Assembly: GCA_902544525.1 (NCBI GenBank)
Contig: CACCCN010000002.1
Location: 17,416 to 81,415 of the forward strand
DNA: 64,000 nt
Source: an uncultured Pelagibacteraceae bacterium
GTDB taxonomy: Bacteria; Pseudomonadota; Alphaproteobacteria; Pelagibacterales; AG-422-B15
Direction of reading: 5' to 3'
Part shown: one piece after another, positions 26,621 to 35,990 of the stretch
Layout: each line of letters starts with the position of its first letter
Position numbering within the stretch: the stretch's first letter is position 1
The notes under the pieces: generated by a model
Seen by the model: the letters and a program-made list of their open reading frames with translations, nothing else
What the model was told of the DNA's origin: nothing
Database searches by the model: none
Position numbers and translations under genes: made by a program

Positions 26621-28039
26621 ATGCTCGAAAATTTATCGGCTGCTAAAATTGTATCACTAGTTACCTCAAAGGAAATAAAAACTACTGAAGTCGTAGATTA
26701 TTATTTAAGTCAAATAAAAAAGTATAACCCCAAACTAAACGCGATTGTTTCTATAAAAAAAGAAGAACAAATAAAAATTGAAGCTAATAAATTTGAAAAT
26801 TCTTCAAATAAAATTGGGCTAATTCCTGGAATGCCCTTGGCAATAAAAGATATAACGGATGCTAAAGGCTTTCCCACTACTTTTGGGTTGCCTGAATATA
26901 AAAATAATATTGCTAGTAAAAACTCAATATTAGTCAAAAGACTAATCAATCAAGGCGCTATAATTATTGGTAAAACTAATACTCCTGAATTGGCTGTAGG
27001 GGGTCACACTATGAATAAAATTTTTGGTTCAACAGCAAATGCATATGATACATCAAAGTCGGCGGGGGGTTCTAGCGGTGGCGCCGCTACAGCTGTAGCA
27101 GCCTCATTAGTACCATTTGCAGACGGTACAGATATGATGGGATCTTTAAGAAACCCCCCAGCATTTTCAAATTTATATGGATTTCGACCAACCCCAGGTG
27201 TTATTCCTGAAGATAGAAGTGATTTTAAAAAAAATTACCCTATTCTACAATCTGCTGGGTGTATTGCTAAAACTCCTAATGAACTAGCACTATTTCTTGA
27301 TGCAATTGCAGGCAAACATGAGCTTGATCCAATTTCATTTGATTTAACATCTTCTTTCAGAGATAAAGAATTTTCTGATAGAGAGTTTCTGAATTTAAAA
27401 ATTGCATGGCTAGGGGATATGCAGGGTCAATATAAGTTTGAGTCTGGAATTATTGAACTTTGTGAGAATAAACTTCAAATATTAGAGAAGAATTCAATAA
27501 AAATTGAATATTTAAATCCAGGGCTAGATACGGAACTATTATGGGAATGCTTCACAACTTTACGATCTAAAATCCAATATGATGATTATTCTAAAATGGA
27601 GTTAATTAGTCTAGAAAATTTAAGTATACCGCCTAGATGGGAATATGATGCTGGTAAGAAAATAAAAAATCAAGATTTTAATAAGTCAATGATTTTAAGA
27701 GGTGATTACACTAAAATTGTTAATAGTTTATTTTTGAGATTTGATTTTTTAATCTTGCCTGCAGCACAGATGTTTCCATTTGATAAAAATTTACCTTTTC
27801 CAAAAAAGCTAGGCACGATGGAGTTTGATACTTACCATAGGTGGTTAGAAGTAGTTATATTATCCAGTCTTTTCTCATTGCCAACTGTTACTGTACCAGT
27901 TGGATTTAGTGAAATGGGATTGCCCATGGGAATGCAAATTATTGCAAAAAAAGGTGCTGATTTAAATTTAATTGCATTCGCAAAAAGATATGAAGAACTA
28001 TTTAGGCTCTCAAAATTTAAACCTAAAAACTTAGATTAA
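26621..28039 (+). CDS. amidase-signature family amidase
   Basis: KD..D lysine context (AIKDITDAKG) and GGSSGGAATAVAA signature. Confidence 0.85.
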   Translation: MLENLSAAKIVSLVTSKEIKTTEVVDYYLSQIKKYNPKLNAIVSIKKEEQIKIEANKFENSSNKIGLIPGMPLAIKDITDAKGFPTTFGLPEYKNNIASKNSILVKRLINQGAIIIGKTNTPELAVGGHTMNKIFGSTANAYDTSKSAGGSSGGAATAVAASLVPFADGTDMMGSLRNPPAFSNLYGFRPTPGVIPEDRSDFKKNYPILQSAGCIAKTPNELALFLDAIAGKHELDPISFDLTSSFRDKEFSDREFLNLKIAWLGDMQGQYKFESGIIELCENKLQILEKNSIKIEYLNPGLDTELLWECFTTLRSKIQYDDYSKMELISLENLSIPPRWEYDAGKKIKNQDFNKSMILRGDYTKIVNSLFLRFDFLILPAAQMFPFDKNLPFPKKLGTMEFDTYHRWLEVVILSSLFSLPTVTVPVGFSEMGLPMGMQIIAKKGADLNLIAFAKRYEELFRLSKFKPKNLD

Positions 28040-28044
28040 AAATT

Positions 28045-29208
28045 ATGACACAACAAAAAATAATTAGTGAACCAAATCCTAGTTTGAAAACTCTGCGAGA
28101 TAATAAAGCGCAATGGAACCTTCCTGAATTTAGACGGGACGGGTATAAAAACCTACATAAAATTAACAGATACGGACTTCTTCTTAGATCTGATCATGTT
28201 CTTAAATTACAAAAGAATATTAATCATACTATTGAGAGTATTGATTTAGTCAAAAAAATGACTGACAAAAGATCTTTTTGTTCTTTGATTGTAGGAAAAG
28301 ACCAAGAAATATTATTAGAAAAATATGCTAATGATTTTTCCGAGTTTCAACCTCAAACAATTATGTCTATTTCTAAAATGTATTTAAATTTATTTATTGG
28401 AGAACTAGTAGAACAAAAGAAATTAAATTTAAATGAAAAAATTTCTTTTCACCTTCCAAATATTGGTTCCGGTTATGCCAATGCTAGTATTCAAGATATA
28501 TTAAATATGAATGTAGATAATCTTTATACTGAGGACTATACCGACTCTTTCTCTTCATCATTTGCTCATGAGTCAGTAGGTGGCTGGAGATTGCCAGATG
28601 AATTAGATGAAAATGAAAATCAGGAAGTTTTTTTAAATAAAATAAAATCTGCTAATGAAGCTGCAACAAAGAATTATTCAGATTTTGCAAAATATAAATC
28701 AGCAAACTCAGATGTTATTGGAATATTAGTTGAAAAGATAAGTGGTATTTCACTAAGAGAATGGCTATTAAAAAGTGTTGAAGCAGCAGGTTTTGAAGAC
28801 GCACTTTATATGGCTACAGATAGAGCTGGTATGCCATGGATGTCAGGTGGTGGATGCTTAATCACAAGAGACTTCCTTCGCATGGGATTATTATTCTCTA
28901 GAAGAGGGCTAGGTGTTTTAAATAGATCAATTGGATCAAAAAACTTTATAAATGAAACCATCAACTTTTCAGGACCAAAGTATATGGCTTTAGGTAATGA
29001 TAATTATGTTTTTTATGCCAATCAAGCTATGAAATCTAAAGATTGGATTGGTCATTCTGGTTACGGTGGTCAGTTTTTAATGATAAATTTAAAAACTAAT
29101 GTAGTTGCTGGATTTTTTTCTGTTCTTGAAACTCCCTCTGCAACTGATGAAAATTATAAAATAGATATGATACAAATGCTTGAAGAAATAGTATCTAGGA
29201 ACTACTAA
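28045..29208 (+). CDS. beta-lactamase-fold serine hydrolase (R61 DD-peptidase/esterase VIII/NylB-like)
   Basis: S-x-x-K (SISK), Y-x-N (YAN) and H-S-G (IGHSGYGG) motifs in the canonical order. Confidence 0.7.
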   Translation: MTQQKIISEPNPSLKTLRDNKAQWNLPEFRRDGYKNLHKINRYGLLLRSDHVLKLQKNINHTIESIDLVKKMTDKRSFCSLIVGKDQEILLEKYANDFSEFQPQTIMSISKMYLNLFIGELVEQKKLNLNEKISFHLPNIGSGYANASIQDILNMNVDNLYTEDYTDSFSSSFAHESVGGWRLPDELDENENQEVFLNKIKSANEAATKNYSDFAKYKSANSDVIGILVEKISGISLREWLLKSVEAAGFEDALYMATDRAGMPWMSGGGCLITRDFLRMGLLFSRRGLGVLNRSIGSKNFINETINFSGPKYMALGNDNYVFYANQAMKSKDWIGHSGYGGQFLMINLKTNVVAGFFSVLETPSATDENYKIDMIQMLEEIVSRNY

Positions 29209-29229
29209 AATATTGAGAAAGGTTTAAGT

Positions 29230-29616
29230 ATGAGAGGTTATGTAATGGTTGGTACTAACGATCTAAAATTATCAGAAGAATTTTATGATAAATTGTTAGA
29301 AACGGTCGGGCTAAAAAAAATATATATTGATGATTTTTGTATTGGTTACTCTCAACAAGAAGACTCCGATGAAGTAGAATTTTATATTACAAAACCTGCA
29401 AATGGTAAGCCAGCAACTTTTGGTAATGGTACTCAAATTTCTTTTTTAACCGATACTAGAAACCAAGTTGAAAAATTTCATACACTTGGGATTGAAATTG
29501 GTGGCACAAGTGAAGGTATGCCTGGAACTAGACCAGAAGGCGCCTCTACTTATTATTCATATATAAGAGATCCTTTTGGTAATAAAATTTGCGCTTATAC
29601 AAATTCAGAGTATTAA
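29230..29616 (+). CDS. VOC/glyoxalase family protein
   Basis: 128 aa, glyoxalase-like beta-alpha-beta-beta-beta pattern, C-terminal YIRDPFGNKI. Confidence 0.6.
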   Translation: MRGYVMVGTNDLKLSEEFYDKLLETVGLKKIYIDDFCIGYSQQEDSDEVEFYITKPANGKPATFGNGTQISFLTDTRNQVEKFHTLGIEIGGTSEGMPGTRPEGASTYYSYIRDPFGNKICAYTNSEY

Positions 29617-31121
29617 CCTTCAAAAAGAGACTTATACTTTTTACGTAATTCAGCTTTTTGAACTTTTCCCATAGCATTTCTAGGAAGGTTTTCTATAAAG
29701 ATAATTTTTTTTGGCTGCTTAAACTTTGCCAATTTATCAGATAAATATTTTTTAACCTCAATCTCCGAAAGACTGTTGTTCTTTCGAACTATTGCAGCAA
29801 CTACGGCTTCACCAAAATCTTTGTGTGGAGAGCCAAATACCGCTGACTCTAAAATCGACTCAATTTGATCTATTACAGTTTCAACTTCTTTTGGATATAC
29901 ATTCAATCCTCCAGTAATAATAAGATCTTTATCTCTACCAACTATGGTAACGTAACCCTTATGATCTATCTTGGCCATATCACCTGTTATAAAGAAACCA
30001 TCTTTTCTAAATGAGTCATTTGTCTTATCAGGCATTTGCCAATATCCTTTAAAAACATTTTCTCCCCGTAATTCTATAATACCTATCTCTCCTTGTTTAA
30101 TTTCATTGCCCTGATCATCTGCAATACGCAATTCAACACCCGGCAAAGGCAGGCCTACAGTCCCAGCAATTCTTTCCTCATCATATGGATTAGAGGTACA
30201 CATATTTGTTTCTGTCATTCCATATCTTTCAAGAATTTTTTTTCCAGTCCGATCTTCAAATTCTTTATGAGTTTCGGCTAATAAAGGGGCTGATCCAGAA
30301 ATAAAAAGTCTCATATGATTAGTAAGAGATTTGTCAAATCTCTGATCGCTCAATAATCTAGTATAAAAAGTTGGAACACCCATCATCGTGGTCGCCTTAC
30401 TCATCCACTCTATAGCTTGATCAATATCAAATTTTGGCAAAAAAATCATAGCGCCGCCAATGTACGCAAGCAAATTAGTCGCTACGAATAAACCATGAGT
30501 ATGATAGATTGGCAACATATGCAAAAGAACATCATTTTTTGTAAATTTCCAATATTCTTTTAGAACTTTTGTGTTTGATAAAAGGTTTTTATGACTGAGT
30601 ATTGCACCTTTAGATTTACCCGTAGTACCCGATGTATATAGAATTGCTGCCAAATCTTCAGGACTTCTCTCGATGGCTTCAAATTTTATATCCTGATTTT
30701 TGGCATAATCCATAACTGACCCAGACTCATCCGAGTTTAATGTCAATATAGTTATAGATTTATCAACTGATGAAAGTAATTGATCTTCTATTTTTTTATC
30801 AATTACAATTATTTTGGCTCCAGAGTCCTCTATAAAATATTCTAACTCACTAAGTGTATAGCCTGTGTTCAGTGGCAAATAAACGCCACCAGCTTTTAGT
30901 GTCGCTGCATACAAAGCAATTTGTAAGTTTGACTTTTCAGCTTGAACTGCAACTCTTTCTCCTGGCTTCATACCTTTTTGAATCAATAGATTCGCAATTT
31001 GATTGATTGTTTTGTGAAATTCAGAATAAGTAATCTTCCCATTATTATTTATCAAGAATAAATCTGGGCTTTGTTTTGTAGGTTCAAAAATAGCATCAAA
31101 TAAATGATTAGATTTTGACAT
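29613..31121 (-). CDS. matB: malonate-CoA ligase (malonyl-CoA synthetase)-like acyl-CoA synthetase
   Basis: NHLFDA N-terminus and VAVQAEKS...AGGVYLPLNTGYTLSELEYFIEDS closely resemble rhizobial MatB as I recall it. YTSGTTGKSKGA AMP motif. Confidence 0.7.
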   Translation of the reverse strand: MSKSNHLFDAIFEPTKQSPDLFLINNNGKITYSEFHKTINQIANLLIQKGMKPGERVAVQAEKSNLQIALYAATLKAGGVYLPLNTGYTLSELEYFIEDSGAKIIVIDKKIEDQLLSSVDKSITILTLNSDESGSVMDYAKNQDIKFEAIERSPEDLAAILYTSGTTGKSKGAILSHKNLLSNTKVLKEYWKFTKNDVLLHMLPIYHTHGLFVATNLLAYIGGAMIFLPKFDIDQAIEWMSKATTMMGVPTFYTRLLSDQRFDKSLTNHMRLFISGSAPLLAETHKEFEDRTGKKILERYGMTETNMCTSNPYDEERIAGTVGLPLPGVELRIADDQGNEIKQGEIGIIELRGENVFKGYWQMPDKTNDSFRKDGFFITGDMAKIDHKGYVTIVGRDKDLIITGGLNVYPKEVETVIDQIESILESAVFGSPHKDFGEAVVAAIVRKNNSLSEIEVKKYLSDKLAKFKQPKKIIFIENLPRNAMGKVQKAELRKKYKSLFEG

Positions 31122-31131
31122 ATCTTATTTA

Positions 31132-32250
31132 TTAAATTGTTGTTTCTTTATAATCAGAACAAATAGCTGAAAGTGAGGATACATTTATCTCTGTTCCAAG
31201 GCCAGGTTTATTATTTAGCGTTGCATGACCTTCATTAATTTTAAAACTAATGTCAGAAAATCTCTTAGCATGAGGTAAATATTCAGGATAAATTTCTGCC
31301 ATATCAGTATTATCATTAGCAGCACAGAAGTGAAGCATTGCTGATGCAGCAATAGACATAGAATTCCAACAATGGGGTGAAATTTTAACATTCTTTTTTG
31401 AAGACAACTTGGATATTGCAACCATATCAAGAATACTCCCAACTGCAGCAATGTCAGGGTTAAAAATATCTGCAGCTGATTCCTTTAGCAATTGTTTAAA
31501 ATGTGGAATTTCAAATTGTTTTTCTCCCGTTACAACCCTTAATTCAGTTAGCTTTTTAATTTCAATTAAGCTTTGAATATCTTCTCCATCTACAGGTTCC
31601 TCATACCAGTAAGGTTGGAACTTGCTTACTAGTGGAGCCAATCTTATAGCTAAATTTAAGTCATCAGGACACGCTAAGTCGAGCATCAAAGGAATTTTTG
31701 TACCTATTGAGTTACGAATAGATGATACACATTCAGCAGCTTCTTCTATGGTTCGATTTTGAAGAGGATATATCTTTATACCCCCATAGCCTTCATCTAA
31801 TAATTGAACCGCTCTTTCACTTAAAGCTTTTATGCTGGGAGATTTTTCACTCCACGTATTTGCATAAACAGGTATTTTATCTTTGATCTTGTTTGATAAT
31901 AAATGTGATAAAGGTTTATTTTTTAATTTTCCTTGAATATCCCATAAACTTATTTCTATCGCATTAGTTGCTGCAGAAAAATCTATACCACGATGTTTAT
32001 TTGAAATTTCCTTTGCCTTATAATTAAATGTGCTTGGTAATAAATTATCCATCGAAACAATTATACTAGACAATTTGTGTATGAATTCGGCTATACCACT
32101 CTCTCTTAATGGTAAAGTAAAAGCTTCGCCCCAGCCTTCAATACCTGTGTCTGTTGTAAGTCGAACAAATAAAAAAGGTTTTATTTCTGACCAACTATCA
32201 TCACTTAAAGTTGGATAAGTTATCCACGTTTCTATTTTTGATAATTTCAT
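31132..32250 (-). CDS. enolase-superfamily enzyme (mandelate racemase/muconate lactonizing family)
   Basis: Capping plus TIM-barrel layout, with WGEAF, KIYP, MLDLA, YWYEEP, TGE and H..N contexts. Confidence 0.75.
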   Translation of the reverse strand: MKLSKIETWITYPTLSDDSWSEIKPFLFVRLTTDTGIEGWGEAFTLPLRESGIAEFIHKLSSIIVSMDNLLPSTFNYKAKEISNKHRGIDFSAATNAIEISLWDIQGKLKNKPLSHLLSNKIKDKIPVYANTWSEKSPSIKALSERAVQLLDEGYGGIKIYPLQNRTIEEAAECVSSIRNSIGTKIPLMLDLACPDDLNLAIRLAPLVSKFQPYWYEEPVDGEDIQSLIEIKKLTELRVVTGEKQFEIPHFKQLLKESAADIFNPDIAAVGSILDMVAISKLSSKKNVKISPHCWNSMSIAASAMLHFCAANDNTDMAEIYPEYLPHAKRFSDISFKINEGHATLNNKPGLGTEINVSSLSAICSDYKETTI

Positions 32251-32252
32251 AA

Positions 32253-32849
32253 CTATTTATATTTATAATAGCTTTCTTGTGAAATATCACCACTCCATCT
32301 CCAACTCCAAACTATGTGGTGGTTTTCTGTGCGATTAGCATGGCTTACCATTGATGGATGATGAATATAGTCACCAACTTGACCAAGCACTTCAGGCTCA
32401 TCATTTTTACTAAAATAGCCTTGACCACCGATAATAAAAAATGTTTCTTCAGCAGGATGCTTGCGAGCAGGATAATCAATATTTGGCATTTGCATAAGTA
32501 TGCCTACCTCATAATCATTAGATTTAAATATTCCAGTAGGTCCCAATAAAACAAATTGAATAAATTCTTTTTTCAAATCTTCGTCTATTCTGCCGCCCAT
32601 ACTTGAACGCTCCCAAGGTAAATAGTTTGATATTTCTTTTATTTGTTGAGCCAGTATGTGATCTTTTTTTGAAATGTAGCTATCAAAGATATTCGATAAC
32701 TCATCATTAGAATTTTTTTTAAGATTGGGTGTTTTATCTCTAATTTTATCAAGAGCCTTGGCTGTAAGAAGTCCATTATTAGAACCTTCATTTTGATATA
32801 TAGTTATAAGGTTTAAAATAGAGTCTCTAAAAATCTTTTCTACGCTCAT
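32253..32849 (-). CDS. cupin protein of the DMSP-lyase (DddQ/DddL-like) family, divergent
   Basis: LLGPTGIF....DYPARKHPAEETFFIIGGQGYF....HHPSMVSHA....W.W is collinear with the DddQ core as I recall it (GPTGHF...DYDWHSHQAEELYL..G..F...H.SWQSHA). Confidence 0.5.
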   Translation of the reverse strand: MSVEKIFRDSILNLITIYQNEGSNNGLLTAKALDKIRDKTPNLKKNSNDELSNIFDSYISKKDHILAQQIKEISNYLPWERSSMGGRIDEDLKKEFIQFVLLGPTGIFKSNDYEVGILMQMPNIDYPARKHPAEETFFIIGGQGYFSKNDEPEVLGQVGDYIHHPSMVSHANRTENHHIVWSWRWSGDISQESYYKYK

Positions 32850-32996
32850 AGTAGTTAATTTATACCATGCCTCGTCTTACACTAGTAATTTTTTTACATA
32901 TTGATTGTTATCTAATAATTTAATTATGAATAATTAAATATCTTTATTTAATCAATTAATATAATTTTAGTGATAAACCATTATTTGGAGAAATGA

Positions 32997-33884
32997 ATGA
33001 ATAAAGATGTAATAATTTCATGTGCGGTAACTGGATCTGGAGATACAGTTGGAAAACACCCTGCAATACCTGTCACTCCTGAAGAAATTGCAAATGCAGC
33101 TATTGAAGCTGCTTCTGCTGGTGCTGCAATAGCGCATATGCACGTTAGAAACCCTGAAACTGGAAAAGCTACACGAGATGATGAGCTTTACAAAGAAGTA
33201 GTTAGTAGAATTAAAGAAAATGGAACTGATGTAATTATTAATCTTACAAGTGGTATGGGTGGAGACATAGAAATTGGTCCCGAAGATGATTTACTAAAAT
33301 TTGGACCTAATACTGATTTTATTAACGCCATGGAAAGGCTTAGCCATGTAGAAAAAATACTTCCAGATATATGTTCTTTGGATTGTGGCACTCTTAATTT
33401 TGGTGATGGCAATATGATTTATGTTAGCACGCCTGAACAACTAAGAATTGGTGCAAAAAGGATACAAGAACTTGGTGTAAAACCTGAATTAGAAATATTT
33501 GATACTGGGCATATGTGGTTTGCTAATCAAATGTATAACGAGGGTCTGTTAGATGCTCCAGCGCTTTATCAAATTTGTTTAGGCATACCCTACGGAGCTC
33601 CAGCAAATACCAGTTCAATGGAAAATATGGTTAAGATGGTTCCTGAAGGAAGCAATTGGGCAGCATTTGGAATTGGTGCTATGCAAATGCCTATGGCCGC
33701 ACAAGCAGTTTTACTAGGTGGTAACGTAAGAGTTGGACTTGAAGATAATCTTTATTTAGAAAAGGGAGTTTTTGCGTCAAATGGAAGTTTAGTAGAAAAG
33801 GTAGGCTCATTAATTAATCATATGGGTGCAAGTATAATGAGTGCTAAAGATGCACGTAAAAAATTAGGTTTGAAAAATGCATAA
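32997..33884 (+). CDS. beta-keto acid cleavage enzyme (BKACE/DUF849; dehydrocarnitine cleavage-type)
   Basis: [36 protein letters not shown] motifs. Confidence 0.85.
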   Translation: MNKDVIISCAVTGSGDTVGKHPAIPVTPEEIANAAIEAASAGAAIAHMHVRNPETGKATRDDELYKEVVSRIKENGTDVIINLTSGMGGDIEIGPEDDLLKFGPNTDFINAMERLSHVEKILPDICSLDCGTLNFGDGNMIYVSTPEQLRIGAKRIQELGVKPELEIFDTGHMWFANQMYNEGLLDAPALYQICLGIPYGAPANTSSMENMVKMVPEGSNWAAFGIGAMQMPMAAQAVLLGGNVRVGLEDNLYLEKGVFASNGSLVEKVGSLINHMGASIMSAKDARKKLGLKNA

Positions 33885-34851
33885 AAATAAAATTGTTTCA
33901 ATAATTGGAACAGGAGTAATTGGTGCAGGATGGGCGGCTAGGTTTATTGCCAGTGGTTATTATGTTCAGGCATATGATCCTAACCCAAAGTCATTAAAAA
34001 AATTAAAAGTTGATGTAAAAAAAGCTCTTACTAGTTTGAAAAAAATTGGTTTAAATAACAATGCCTCAATCAAAAATCTAAGTCTTTTTTCAAACCTAAA
34101 TGATGCTTTAAATAAAACATCTTTTGTACAAGAAAATGCACCAGAAAATGAAAAATTAAAAACTTCTTTATTAAAAAAAATTGACTCATTGTTAGATAGA
34201 AAAATTCTTATAGCTTCAAGTTCATCAGGGCTACTCCCTACTAAAATACAGTCACAATGCAAAAATCCAAGTAGAGTTTTAATTGGTCACCCATTTAATC
34301 CTGTTTATTTACTACCATTAGTTGAAATTGTTAAAGGTAAAAAAACTTCACAACAATCAGCTCTCAAATTAAAGAAAATATATCTAGATATAGGAATGAA
34401 ACCTCTTATGGTAAGAAAAGAAATTGAAGGGTACATTTCTGACAGATTACAAGAAGCTCTATGGAGAGAAGCTCTTCACTTAATTAAAGACGGTATTGCC
34501 TCAACTGAGGAAATTGATGATGCTATTGTATATGGTCCAGGTTTAAGATGGGCATTTATGGGGGTCTGTCTTACATTTCATTTGGCAGGAGGGAATGAGG
34601 GAATGAAGCACATGCTTGAACAATTTGGACCAGCTTTGAAATTGCCATGGACAAAATTAAAAGCTCCTGAATTAGACAAAAATCTCAAAAACAGAATGAT
34701 AGTTGGCACAAAAAAACAAGCTGGTAAATTTAGTATTAATGATCTAGAAAAACAAAGAGATAAATTTCTTATTGAAATTATGAAAACTTTAAATAATAAT
34801 CATAATAACAAGTTTCCAAACTGGAGTACTAAATATAATAACTTTAAGTAA
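33877..34851 (+). CDS. 3-hydroxyacyl-CoA dehydrogenase family enzyme, L-carnitine dehydrogenase-like
   Basis: [11 protein letters not shown] Rossmann motif, [28 protein letters not shown]. 8-nt overlap with BKACE, TAATG junction with the next gene. Confidence 0.75.
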   Translation: MHKNKIVSIIGTGVIGAGWAARFIASGYYVQAYDPNPKSLKKLKVDVKKALTSLKKIGLNNNASIKNLSLFSNLNDALNKTSFVQENAPENEKLKTSLLKKIDSLLDRKILIASSSSGLLPTKIQSQCKNPSRVLIGHPFNPVYLLPLVEIVKGKKTSQQSALKLKKIYLDIGMKPLMVRKEIEGYISDRLQEALWREALHLIKDGIASTEEIDDAIVYGPGLRWAFMGVCLTFHLAGGNEGMKHMLEQFGPALKLPWTKLKAPELDKNLKNRMIVGTKKQAGKFSINDLEKQRDKFLIEIMKTLNNNHNNKFPNWSTKYNNFK

Positions 34852-35990
34852 TGTCTGAGAAACTATCCATTAAAGAGGCTAAAAAAGATATTAGAGATTT
34901 CATTGTTGAATGGAATGACGGACATATAAGTCAATTTAATTACTTGTGGTTAAGAGATAATTGCCCATCTGATATACATCCAACTGCAAGAGAAAGAACA
35001 TTCAATTTGTTGACTGTATCTGAAAATATTCAACCCAAGGAATTTAGTTTTTGTAAAGATAAGCTTATAATCAAATGGAATGAAGGTAATCATACTAGTG
35101 AGTTTCCCACTGAATGGTTAAGAGAAAATTGCTATACTTTAAAAAATTCACAATCATATGAATCTCCATATGTACTTTGGGACAATAGTTTATCTAAATC
35201 TTTAGATAAAATAAAAATTGACTGTGCAGAAATAATGGAAGGTGACGAAGGTATTCTTAAATATTTAAAACAACTCCATTACTATGGCTTTTCACTTGTT
35301 GAAAATGGTCCAACAGGAAAAAACTCTGGTGCAGAGGTATTAGAAAGAATAAGTCATTTCCGACAAACTTTTTTTGAAACACCATTTGAAGTAATAAATA
35401 TTCCTAATCCAAATAATTCTGCATATACCGCTTTAGGTTTAAGAAATCATCTTGACTTGCCATACTATGAAATACCTCCAGGTTATCAGTTTTTACATTG
35501 CTTGGTGAATGATGCCACAGGGGGAGACTCAACTGCAATTGATGGTTTTAAAGTTGCTTCCTATATGAAAGAAAAGTTTCCAAAGTTTTTTAAAGTACTT
35601 ACTGAAGTTCCAGTAAAATTTGTAAATCGTGATTATACACAAAATACAACTAGGGTTTTGCATGCCCCTTTAATTCTATTAGACAAGGATAGTGATTTTC
35701 ATATCATAAGATTTAGTATTGCATATATGAGTATTATGGACTGCTCCCCAGATAAAATGGATTTATTCTATAGAGCATATAGAAAATTTGCAGAGCTACT
35801 TCATGATGATATGTTTACAGTTAGATTTAGACTAAAAGCTGGTGATATATTTTCATTTAATAATCTGAGACTTCTTCATGGACGAACAGAGTTTGATCCC
35901 AACTCAGGAAATAGGCATCTTCAGGGCTATTATATGGATCGTGATGAAATTAGAGGTAGGTTAAGTTTTTTAGAAAACCAAATTGATTAA
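34851..35990 (+). CDS. gamma-butyrobetaine hydroxylase-like Fe(II)/2OG dioxygenase
   Basis: DUF971-like N domain (YLWLRDNCPS), HLD triad motif, LLHGRTEF. Confidence 0.8.
   Translation: MSEKLSIKEAKKDIRDFIVEWNDGHISQFNYLWLRDNCPSDIHPTARERTFNLLTVSENIQPKEFSFCKDKLIIKWNEGNHTSEFPTEWLRENCYTLKNSQSYESPYVLWDNSLSKSLDKIKIDCAEIMEGDEGILKYLKQLHYYGFSLVENGPTGKNSGAEVLERISHFRQTFFETPFEVINIPNPNNSAYTALGLRNHLDLPYYEIPPGYQFLHCLVNDATGGDSTAIDGFKVASYMKEKFPKFFKVLTEVPVKFVNRDYTQNTTRVLHAPLILLDKDSDFHIIRFSIAYMSIMDCSPDKMDLFYRAYRKFAELLHDDMFTVRFRLKAGDIFSFNNLRLLHGRTEFDPNSGNRHLQGYYMDRDEIRGRLSFLENQID

Noticed and set aside
32918-32939. Perfect 9+9 inverted repeat ATTTAATTA-tgaa-TAATTAAAT in the divergent promoter region of the carnitine operon
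   Set aside because: It is composed only of A and T. In a sequence this AT-rich, several such repeats are expected by chance in 64 kb, and there is no second copy or nearby regulator to support it.
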